A DNA stretch of 58,552 bases, counting the filler, from Sphacelaria rigidula (lineage: Eukaryota): the NCBI GenBank assembly GCA_964200075.2. It is 9 parts of 9 records of this genome, joined end to end, with 100 filler letters (N's around TTAATTAATTAA, not from the genome) between each part and the next. Parts side by side here need not be neighbours in the genome. Positions count along the whole stretch, not along the records: positions 26,070 to 32,486 come from CAXNAA020020194.1; positions 32,587 to 39,003 come from CAXNAA020020195.1; 7 more parts are not named here. One strand, given 5' to 3'. Below are positions 26,070-36,900 of this stretch, in pieces (positions within the stretch are counted from its first letter, which is position 1; every line of letters begins with the position of its first letter). A program made the position numbers and the translations under genes. Under the pieces are notes generated by a model that did no database searches, had not been told where the DNA came from, and worked only from the letters and a program-made list of their open reading frames with translations.

Positions 26070-26260
26070 AAACGGGGTATCAAGTCCGTATCGCCCCGAA
26101 AACACGAACTTGAGCACTGCAGTTTGAGCGCGGCCTACGCTTTCTCCCTAAATCTACAGACGCTAGCACTTTCAAGTAGTAGTGAAGAATGGTACTCCAC
26201 AACAACTAAAAAATTAGAACAACTACAAATTATGAAAACTTCTGATGCTTACTACTATTA
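26070..26260 (+). repeat. Dispersed repeat shared with 41196-41383 and 40875-41000
   Basis: AAACGGGGTATC.AGTCCGTATCGCCC...GCAGTTTGAGCGCGGCCTACGCTTTC...GCTAGCACTTTCAAGTAGTA...CTTCTGATGCT.ACTACTAT. Confidence 0.88.
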
Positions 26261-27947
26261 TAGTAGGAAAAAACAGACAAGGGGGATGCCGGGGATTCTT
26301 GCCAACTAGTAAGCCCAGTACAGTCAGCACGGTCTGTAGATACTCGCACCCAATCCGTACTCGTGTACGACTTTTGTCGCTGGTTCAGAGGGATCACAAC
26401 GACGATCAGCGTCGTGAAAAAACGAACGAATCGATGACCCTACTGTGGCACCTTTGGCACCACTATCGTTTTCTGCAGCCATGGTTGTGTACAGCACTAA
26501 GCACTGCAGCAGTGTAGCACGAGCACACCACAACAGTAGTAGTATAGTGAGCACAGCCAGTACAGTACGAGTACAACACAGGGCAGCTGTGCCTGGAATT
26601 TGAACTGACAGTTGAGCAATTCACCTCGCGTTCCTTGGGAGCTTTCACCTCGCCAGCCCGATTGACCCACTCGCTCGTCCGTTCTGCCTGCGGACCAAGA
26701 CCAGTCATGCCTGGCCTCGAAAATACGCCCGGTTCAGCTGCTTCACCCCAAGCTGCTCCGGCCATGGGCGCACCGCCAATCTTCATGGAGAACACTTCTC
26801 ACACCACGCGGATGATGTCCGAGCGAGCAAGTGATCGATCCTCCCACAGAAATGTGTGCTTGAGGTTTTCATTGCAATAAGGCTCTGACGACTTCTCTCC
26901 GACGGAGGAAGGCGTTTGCTACAGTAGAGATCTGGCAGTGAGCTGTATACTGTGGGCTGTGGGCTATACCTGATGCACGCTTCATCAATATCCAAAATCC
27001 CCGCGAAGATCCAAACACATGACCGAAGGCGCCGCCACGATGGAACACGAATCTAGGCTTTTTAGGTGAAATATTTGTCGATATTGAATTTTCAGACCCG
27101 TAGTCGAAATATCCAAGATTCCAGCACCCATACTCGCCAAAGAATGATCACGGAAACTCGCAGACGAAAATCCTTCGCCTCGTGGGGCACCCGGAATTAC
27201 AGAGGTGACAGTGGACAACATTCTATCGTGCCAAAAGAAGTAAATTGAAAAAAAACCCATGGGTATTAAAAGGTTGTCCTGTGTGTCTTTCTAGCTCTTG
27301 TGTTCTGGAGCCTGGAGCCCTATGCATGGTCCCATTATGTTCGTGTCGCGCCATGGGAGATGACTACCAAGTATTTATAGTAGGGAACCACGGTATCCAA
27401 AGCAGCTACTGTACAGTACTGCAGCTGGGTTGTTTCGGTACATCTGCTTCGTAGTTGATACTCGTGATGGGTGGGCTATGGCGAGCACTATGCTTAATGC
27501 TTGGAGCAGCGGACGTGATAGAGGCTTTTAGCATAACCGGTAAAATGGTGCTGAAAGTGCCCCCGAACTGCCCTCCGGTGGTGATTTTGCCCGGCTTTGG
27601 AAACGACGCAAGGGACTGTGAGTGATGGAACACATGAAAACACAGGCCGTGCTGACAGTATACTTCAGATTTTCCAATGCTCGAAACGTGTGGGGGTCGC
27701 GCGCTGGTGGTGTAAGTCAATGAACCCCGAATACTCAGTGAAAAATCGGTATGGCGGACACGATGCGAAGAGTTGGTGTCCGCCAACATCGCAAGCAGTT
27801 GTGTAGACAGATGTGTCGGGAGTGCCTACGTGCCTGCCAGTTGAGGTGCAGCATGCGTACTTTCTTCGATGTTGTTGACATTTATGACCTCACATCCTTA
27901 CTGAGGTGACATATCCCTCTTCACACTTTGAACGGCAGGGTGGGTCA

Positions 27948-28144
27948 TCCGTTGAAAATCGGTGCGTCACACGTTGAATGAGCTTTGTACTTGGAAATGA
28001 GTGTGGGGTCGAGATGTCCCAGAGAGTTTACCCCTGTAGCACCCAAGGCTTTCTATTCCGAGAATATGCAGTGTTGTGTCGACAAAGAGGTCACTTTGGT
28101 TACACTCCCGATGTTTAAACGCGCGCGCGCCGATTTTCAATGGA
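27948..28144. mobile_element. 197-bp MITE with 4-bp TSD GTCA
   Basis: TIR TCCGTTGAAAATCGGTGCG / CGCGCCGATTTTCAATGGA; GTCA at 27944-27947 and 28145-28148. Confidence 0.65.
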
Positions 28145-28579
28145 GTCAATCAAGCATATAATCACCGAGAAACGGACATCTAGGAGTAGAGAATAATTGA
28201 AAGTGCGTTCTCACTGAGCTCTGACTGAATTCGATCCACTACAGCACACAAATCGCCTATAGATGTTCCGTCGAAGGCACCAACACAAGATATCGGTATT
28301 TGTACAAACCCGAAAGTCATTCTCCATTGCGCCCTCCGAGACGCGTCGCAGATTCCTCTTCCTGTGAAAAACTCCAAGGTCATGTTCTGGAGGGTGCGGG
28401 TACGCTCAGTAGGGTGTGAGATTCGTTACAGAACCAACAAAACTGTCGAGTACTGGTATGGGCGTCTAAGGAGTCTGCAGATCCTGTCGGGTAGGATATG
28501 GTTGATGTAGAGAAATTCGTATCCGCACCCGTGTATTTTCACAAGAGTATACCCGAACCTTGATTAAGTGCAACATTTT

Positions 28580-29950
28580 CACGCGTCGGACAGATCAGCT
28601 CCCTATAGCTTGGGCTAGCTCTTTTTAAGCATAGCTCCCTAGTGAGCTATGAGAGCTATATGACCTACGCATGTTTTTCCTGGGGTGAGCTATGAGAGCT
28701 GTATGAGCTGCGCGTGTTTACCGTACGTGAGCTACCAACCCGTTGCTCATCAGCTCAGATTCGTCTTGGGTGAGCTGTGAGAGCTGTTGAAGCTGCGCAT
28801 GTTTCACCTGGATAAGCTACCAAACCGTAGCTCATCAGCCCATATTCGCCCTGGGTGAGCTGTGAGAGCTGCATGAGCTACCCATGTTTGCCCCGGATAA
28901 GCTATGAGAGATGCATGAGCTGAACATCTTTGCCCTGGATGAGCTAGGAGAGCTAGGAGAGCTACGATTGCTTATCTCTTTGATCATGAGAGTAGAAGGT
29001 CTCTGCGGCATCAGTCACACCCGAAAAATATAGTGAATTATGCTAATTTATCAAATCGCCAACCCTCGCGGTCAAAGGGCTAACCGCTTGACGGCGAGCA
29101 TAAGTCATCCGTTGAATCGGCTCCAATTTCACTTGAAAAATGTATGCATAACCAGATGGACTCGTACCCTCGCGGCCAACCGATCAAGATAAATGAATCA
29201 GTCGATTATTGTAGACACTGAAAACTAATACTTTTTTTAACCATCCGACCAAGCGAACGAGGATATGTGTTGGCTTCTTTTCTTTCTATCGCGAATAGTG
29301 AGGCAAAACATCACAACCTAATGATATGTGGCGCCATCCGTTCGAACAAGAATGTTATATCATAAGCGACACGGGGTTGGCCAGGGGCGAGCTAGGCATA
29401 TGACGTGAGTGAGCCACGACCATGTGTCCCTGGGGTGAGCTACCGGACGTAGCTCATCTGCTCATGTTTTCCCCGGGTGAGCTACAAGACCTGCGTGAGC
29501 TACACATGTTTGCCTTGGGTGAGCTATCGAGCGTAGCTCATCCGCATATGTTTTCCCTGGGTGATCTGTGAGAGCTACATGAGCTGCACATGTTTGCCCT
29601 GAGTGAGCTATGAGATCTGTATGAGCTACGCACGTTTGCGATAGGTGAGCTACCAACCCATAGCTCATCAGCTCATATTCGTCCTGGGTGAGCTATGAGA
29701 GCTGTATGAGCTACGCACGTTCGCGATATGTGAGCTACCAACCCATAGCTCATCAGCTCAGATTCGTCCTGGATGAGCTATGAGACCTGCATGAGCTACT
29801 CATGTTTCCCCTGGGTGAGCTACCAACTTGTAGCTCATCAGCGCACGTTTACTTTATGTTGAGCTATCGGACGTAGCTCACATGTACACGTTTGACTACA
29901 AGTGAGCTACCGCCCCCAGATGAGCTAGCTCATGAGCTGTCCTACGTGTG
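28580..29950. mobile_element. Non-autonomous TIR element Y, copy 1 (1371 bp), 8-bp TSD AACATTTT, 42-bp GAGCT-rich subterminal arrays
   Basis: Ends CACGCGTCGGACAGATCA / TGAGCTGTCCTACGTGTG; perfect TSD at 28572-28579 and 29951-29958. Confidence 0.9.
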
Positions 29951-30012
29951 AACATTTTCACATCCTGTACAACTACAATAATGGTAGTTGTTCCCCGAAC
30001 AACCAAGTATTC

Positions 30013-31302
30013 CACACGTCGGACGGATCAGCTCCCTATAGCTCGAGCTAGCTCTTTTTGAGCGTAGCTCCCTAGTGAGCTATGAGAGCTACATGAGCTA
30101 CATATGTTTCTCCTGGGGTGAGCTATGAGAGCTGTATGAGCTACGCATGTTTACCGTACGTGAGCTACCAACCCGTAGCTCATGAGCTCATATTAGCCCT
30201 GGGTGAGCTATGAGAGCTGCATGAGCAACGCATGTTTGCCCCGGATGAGCTATGAGAGATGCATGAGCTACACATGTTTGCCCTGGATGAGCTATAAGTG
30301 ATGCATGAGCTACACATATTTGCCCTGGGTGAGCTATAACAGATGCATGAGCTACACATGTTTGCCCTGGATGAGCTAGGAGAGCTAGGAGAGCTACGAT
30401 TGCCTATCCCTTTGACCGCGAGGGTAGGAGGTCCCTGAATCGGCGTCATTCACCCCCGAAAAATCAAGTGAATTATGCTAATTTATCAAATCGCCAACCC
30501 TCGCGGTCAAAGGGCTAACCCCTTGACGGCGAGCATAAGTGATCTGTTGAATCGGCCCCAATTTCACTTGAAAAATGTATGCATAACCAGATGGACTCGT
30601 ACCCTCGCAGCCAACCGATCAAGATAAATGAATCAGTCGATTATTGTAGACACTGAAAACTAATACTTTTTTTAACCATCCGACCAAGCGAACGAGGATA
30701 TGTGTTGGCTTCTTTTCTTTCTATCGCGAAGAGTGAGGTCAAACATCACAACCTAATGATATGTGGCGCCATCCGTTCGAACAAGAATGTTGCATCATAA
30801 GCAACACGGGGTGTGCCAGCGGCGAGCTGGGCAGATGACGTGAGTGAGCCACGATCATGTGTCCCTGGGGTGAGCTACCGCGCGTAGCTCATCCGCATAT
30901 GTTTTCCCTAGGTGAGCTGTGAGAGCTACATGAGCTACACATGTTTGCCCTGAGTGAGCTACCAACCCATAGCTCATCAGCTCATATTCGCCCTGGATGA
31001 GCTATGGGAGCTGTATGAGCTACGCACGTTTGCGATAGGTGAGCTACCAACCCGTAGCTCATCAGCTCGAATTCGTCCTGGATGAGCTATGAGAGCTGCA
31101 TGAGCAACGCATGTTTGCCCTGGGTGAGCTATCAACCCGTAGCTCACCAGCTCATATTAGCCCTGGGTGAGCTACCAACTCGTAGCTCATCAGCGCACGT
31201 TCGCCTTGTGTTGAGCTATCGGACGTAGCTCACATGTACATGTTTGACTACAAGTGAGCTACCACCCGTGGATGAGCTAGCTCATGAGCTGTCCTACGTG
31301 TG
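30013..31302. mobile_element. Element Y, copy 2 (1290 bp), 8-bp TSD AAGTATTC, nested in element X
   Basis: Ends CACACGTCGGACGGATCA / TGAGCTGTCCTACGTGTG; perfect TSD at 30005-30012 and 31303-31310. Confidence 0.9.
30408..30618. mobile_element. Pair of abutting ~100-bp piggyBac-like MITEs (30408-30514, 30519-~30618) carried inside Y; equivalent pair at ~28975-29180
   Basis: Perfect 18-bp TIR CCCTTTGACCGCGAGGGT with CTAT/CTAA flanks; the second MITE is a diverged reverse-complement homolog of 45013-45111. Confidence 0.78.
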
Positions 31303-31318
31303 AAGTATTCCGAATCAT

Positions 31319-31566
31319 GTGCAAGTAGTTGTTTCCAAACAACTCATCTCTCATAATCGTGTGCAAGTGGTTGTTTCCAAACAACTAACTGTTCAGAATC
31401 GTGTGCAATTAGTTGTTTCCAAACAACTCATCTCTCAGAATCGTATACAAATAGTTGTTTCCAAACAACTCATCTCTCAGAATCGTGTACAATTAGTTGT
31501 TTCCAAACAACTCATCTCTCAAAATCGTGTGCAATTAGTTGTTTCCAAACAACTCATCTCTCAGAA
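31319..31566 (+). repeat. 42-bp tandem array, 6 units, each with hairpin AGTTGTTT-CC-AAACAACT
   Basis: GTGCAATTAGTTGTTTCCAAACAACTCATCTCTCAGAATCGT at 31319, 31361, 31403, 31445, 31487, 31529. Confidence 0.95.
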
Positions 31567-33939
31567 CATAATCCCGCACCGGCATGGTTCATGGGAGGTA
31601 TCTCGGACTCGAGGTTCCTGGCATACTTGAGTGATTTTTGATGTCGAGTATACCCGGGACCTCGAGTTTGAGATACTTGTGGACGGGTGGTGCTGCAGCT
31701 GTTGCACCCCAGCCTTCCTTAGATTTCTCCCTATCATGCAGCAGTTGTTGTGTACAACAGTTGCGTATTTGTTTCACTTGTTCAGACTAAATATGGTGGA
31801 ACTTACTTGTCACTCTGCATCCTGTGCAAGAGTGGTGGCATACTTTCACACCCTGTACAACTACAATAGTTGGTAGTTGTTTCTCAAACAACTAAATGTT
31901 CAGAATCGTGTGCAACTACTTGTTTCCAAACAACTCATCTCTCATAATCGTGTGTAACTAGTTGTTCGGGAACATTAGGCGGTAGTTGGTCGACAAACAA
32001 CTGACTTAGTTGGCTGTTAGTTACAGTTGTACAGGGTGTGAATATTTTTTTATAGAATTTACAGACCTGTCGGGTACCGATGTGGATGCTGTGCAGAAAA
32101 CCATACCCGCACTCGGATACTTTCACAAGAGTGTACCCGTGCCCCGGTTACGGGTATGAGGAGCCTTCAGAACTCATAGAAGTGTCGGATACGAGTGTAG
32201 GAGACTTACAGAACTTGAAAAACCGTCGGGTACGGGTATGGAAGGTTCACACAACTACTGAACTGTCGGGTGTGGGTAACACCTGGGTAAATACCCCGGG
32301 TATACCCGTATGTATCCCACCTTCAGGAGGCAGGCGAAAACATGCGAATGCATACCGTATACTGCGAGTGGTACAATCCATACTGATGAAGCGCCACACT
32401 GATGTTACCACTCAGCATTAAATTAGCCCTTTTGGGACTGGGCCTCCAGAACGACCAACGAGGCTGGTTAGGAATGACGTGTCCTGNNNNNNNNNNNNNN
32501 NNNNNNNNNNNNNNNNNNNNNNNNNNNNNNTTAATTAATTAANNNNNNNNNNNNNNNNNNNNNNNNNNNNNNNNNNNNNNNNNNNNGCATGCATGATCAT
32601 GAGTACACCCCCGCCCCCGCCCCCCCCCCCAGATCAACCATACGTGACTCCAGAGAAGTTTCAGGTCGAGAACAGGCCTGGAGGGAGTGGAGTCATGATT
32701 TTGACAGTTTTGATTGATCGAGGGATCCACAATGTTTCCTTGCAAATTGCCCAATATCGCCAACTTGGTGGTCAAGGTTGAATCGACGATTTGACCATTC
32801 CTGCCACAACCACCTAACTATTGGAGTACGCGATAGAAGGGCGCTTTTTTGTTGTTGGTGCAGATTTTGCGAGCTGTATACAAGTACGCTCTCTCGTGTT
32901 CTGAGGATTGCCGCGCACTGTTTGTGTGCAACAAAGAGCAGTGGTGCGGTGCTTTTTCCAAATAAAAGTGTAACTATGATCCAAGGGTAGCACGATGCCA
33001 TAGAGAGTACATTATGTGATGTGCAGTGCAAGATCAAAATATACAAGAGGTGTACCAGCATTAGGGTTCTCTTGGTAGTAGCATGTGTTGGTCGTCACCA
33101 ATATACTGCTACAATCACGTAGCAACGGCGGCAATGTACCAATCTTGTGCCACCTACTGCTTTTGTCGTTATAAAGTGAGTGCGTGCATTCTATCGTCAC
33201 TTGGTTTTGATGATCGATGATTGATTATTTCTATTCTGTTCGTGCATTGGTCGGCAGTGTGTCCGTACTGACTGCTAAACTTGGCCATGCCCCTTGGAGT
33301 TCGGTCTGTACATTCTTCGCCGATATTGCTGATTGACTATCGACCCCAACGAAATATACATTGAAGGACGCCAGGGTGTGTTCATCGTACATGTTGGTCT
33401 CCGAAGAGGAGAGGCAGTGTCTCAAAACCGCGTGTTCTTTTCCTTTTGGCACGTGCTAAAGGTAACTACTCCTGGATGATTTCGAGCAACATGCCTGTGT
33501 TTCCATTTTCAACTCATCACATAATTTCCACGAATCCACACCCACTTCGGAATATGAATACTCGTGAGAACGCAGTATCATCAAGAGTCCAAGACTCAAC
33601 AATGACAAGGGTGAACAAAGAAAACAGCCAACGGCGTTCGTTTCCTATCCCCCACCGCAATTGTACGTGAAATTCATGAATGTTAACGCGGGTAAAAGCT
33701 GTGGCGAAATTTACTCGAAAATTCCCTGCCTATGTTGACGACACGGGCTTGTACAGAATACGGAAATAAGGGAGAAGCCTGGGTCTGAAGGGTCGTCAGC
33801 CACGCGTGCCGTGTGTAGTGGATCCTTCGTGCATGCCTTGTGACGAGCAAACCTGTCGACGTCCTCGAAATGTCCTCCATTATCCGGGCCATCGTTTAAG
33901 CTGCGCACTGTACTGTTGCTGAACTCCGCGTATATGCAG

Positions 33940-36900
33940 AGGTGCTGCCTCAACCTGTCAGGGGGCGACTCGTGCGTCCTCGCCCTGCGTCCCGTCACGC
34001 GTTAAACGACACTGTCGCGACGGCGTCAGAAAATCCAGAGGACAAGAAAAGCAACATGCCAGCACCTGTGCCAAAGAGGAGCGTTCGAGCCGATATCGAC
34101 ACCCAGAGCCTGAACGTCGCTCTGCGTAGCCTATCCCAGCAGGCGCCTAGTGAGGTTGAAGAACGGGAACCGTTTCAAGGAGGACATCCGACGCACCAGT
34201 GCAAGGGTGATCGACCTGCTGTCCGACATTCTCCTGATGTACTTCTCCTACAAGAGGTTAGTGCGGCGCACTTGCTACGTGAAGTGCAGAGACTAAGTTC
34301 AAGAGGAAACGTTGCGCAGGCCGTTGCACTACTTGTCGGGACCGCATCGGCGAGAAAACGTGTGACGTCGGCGGTGGAGACGTTGACTTCCGTGTCCAAG
34401 GTATCGCCACGAGCAGTTGCTCCTGCTGCTACTAGCAATGACATCCGCGGAGAGACGGGCGGTCGCAAAACAAGTGATGAGAGCCTCCGAGCTGGGTTCA
34501 TCTCCGTGCTGAAGGGGTGCGCAAAAAGGGGCATGTGGGAAGAGGCCAGGCAGGTTGTGGTGAAGCACATGCCAGCTGCAGGACTTCGAACGCCAATGGA
34601 AGCGTGGATCATCGCCATCGACGCCTGTGCCGGGGCTGGAGGCTCGCAGCAGGCGGTGTATCTCCTCCATGAAATGCGGTCCGGGTGAGTTTTGCTGTTG
34701 TGATCATTGTCAGTGGGGTGGATCCCAACAAGTGCAGCAATCGTTCACATTTTCTAACCCCTTGGCCATCCAGGCGCGTCCGTCTGGTGCTCGGCATCAT
34801 TGTCGCTTCACAAATACTGTCAGGGTCAGGTGGTGATCTGTGAACGATCGAAGGGTTGAGGATGGACGCCTTCAATACAAGTGCTGCACCCAAGTCTGTG
34901 TTGTGTGTTTGTGTTCTCATCTCATCTATTCTGGACGTCAGTCTACCACACCTTTCGGTATATGTAGGCGCATCGGCCGGGGTCACACAGGAGGAAAGCC
35001 AACACGGGAGTTTTTTTTCATCTTGTTTTAGTACTACACCTTCCTACTGCGGTGCTTTCCTTATTTTTTTATCGTGAGAGGGGTTCAGCAGTTTATTTCC
35101 TTCGTCGACCTGGAAGTCGATTTTTTGTGTACTCACGACATGGTCGCTCTCCACTGTTGGGCATTATGTGAAAAAAAATCCCAGACCGTGTGACTGCACG
35201 GAGATCCGAACCCACGACCGAAATGTCGGAAGGTGTCGAGGTTACCAACTGAGCCTCCGGGGGGAGTCTAAACTACAGTTTGTTACAAATGCTTCTTTGG
35301 CAGGGGTGTGGAAATAACCGCGGCTGCGTACGAGGCGGCTGTGAAAGCCTGCGCTTGTAGTGGTGGCACAACGCGCGCCATTTTTCTACTGAAAGACGCA
35401 TCTAAACGCGGGGTGCCGGTACGTCCGAGTGCTGTTGCGGAAACAATAACTGCGGTCACCAAACAGAGGAGGTCCTGCTGGCAGCAGGCGCTCTCTCTCT
35501 ACGACGCGTTTGTTCAGCTTGTGGTGGATCAGGAACAACCTGGATTGGCGGGAGTACCAGCGAGTCAACCTGGCAACGACGCTGATGCCTTGAGTGGCGC
35601 GGATGGTCTTCCGAGCGCTGTCCGTCGATTGCACAGGCTATTCGAGTCTGGTTCGGTACTCGAGGAAGTTTGCCATGCGGCTTTGGCTGCGTGTGCCGCT
35701 GGCGGCCAATGGAAGCGTGCGCGCGAAGTGCTCGATACGATGAGGGCCGGCAGAACGGGTGGCAAGCTGAGCACGGCGGCGTATGACAAGACCATCGCCG
35801 TTTGTGGCCAGGCTCGCGCTTGGGATATGGTGAGTTTGGAAAATAGTAGCGTATATCAGTGAGGCGATATACCTCTGCTGAGCTTCGTTTTGAGGAGGTC
35901 GCAGGGTAGTTTTGATGAACATGTCGCACCCTATACAACGAGCAGAACGATGTGTAATTTGATAGATTTTCCACGCCCTGTATTTGTCGTCAAAGCCTGC
36001 TAACGCGAAGCGTTCACAGTGCTCAGAATGGGACATGTGGGACCGAAGAGTAGATTATTTGTCACAGGCCAAATGGTCGCTGATGATGCTGTCCGTGATG
36101 CTGGGCTTGCTTGCAGGTGCTACTGCTAGCTGCCGAAATGCGCGCTGATGATGTCGCGTTAAGCCCTGCTACCTTCGAAACAACACTCCAGGCAAGTGCT
36201 GGTTTATATTATCACAATACGCCATACCGTGCGTTGCAAGCATTAGTGAAGTTAGCTCATCAAGCGATCTCGGTTGTACAAGGAACGGTAGTCCTTCACT
36301 TGAGTTCGTTCATTCACCGTGTCAAGTGTTGAGGATGGGTAGGCAGTATGTCCCTGTTCTTGGCAACCTATGCTTCGCTAATTCGTTTTATCCTTCAACA
36401 TGGACAGGCGTGTGCTGCCATCGGGAGCTGGTCCTGGGCTCGCTCCCTGTTGCTCTCTGCGAGGGCTGGCAGCAAAGATCGCGTGTTGCTGACCCCCAAG
36501 CATTATATCCACGCGCTTAGCGCATGCGCAGGGGTTCTGAGCAAACCTGGGGGACCAGAGGCACAGGGCGCGATGAAATTCGCCCTTGCTCTTATTCAGG
36601 ACCTTCGCGATGCCGGCTGGTTGAAAGGGCAGCAAGGGGAGGACGCCTACGTGTTGGCGATGCGGACATGCGTTCCTGCTCAGGATGCGTGGAGTGCATT
36701 AGCCCTGCTCGACAATTTGGAGGACGACGGGATACCAGAAGGCCCGGCGCTAAGAAGTGCCGCAATGCAGGTAGTCTGATATAGCATCGTGCGTGCAAAA
36801 TTTTCCCAGGGAGTAATGAGGGCCTCGCTTGCTCGAGCATAACATATCGCATAAGAATCGATTTATGCCACACGGAATTGCGTCATGTCGCTGGTAGACG

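Larger units (their letters stand above)
29959..32040. mobile_element. Element X (CACAYCCTGTACAACT TIR) with a 42-bp palindromic array; a second left end lies at 31847
   Basis: CACATCCTGTACAACT at 29959, CACACCCTGTACAACT at 31847, AGTTGTACAGGGTGTG ending at 32040; flanks AACATTTT / AATATTTT. Confidence 0.78.

Noticed and set aside
26350..26790. Possible minus-strand exons
   Set aside because: The longest frame and the downstream exon are phase-incompatible; no domain recognised.
28580..31302. Segmental tandem duplication
   Set aside because: Each copy has its own distinct 8-bp TSD, so these are separate transposition events.
31319..31630. CRISPR-like palindromic repeats and 14-aa repeat ORF
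   Set aside because: Units are head-to-tail with no unique spacers, there are no cas genes, the context is eukaryotic, and the array lies inside a TIR element.
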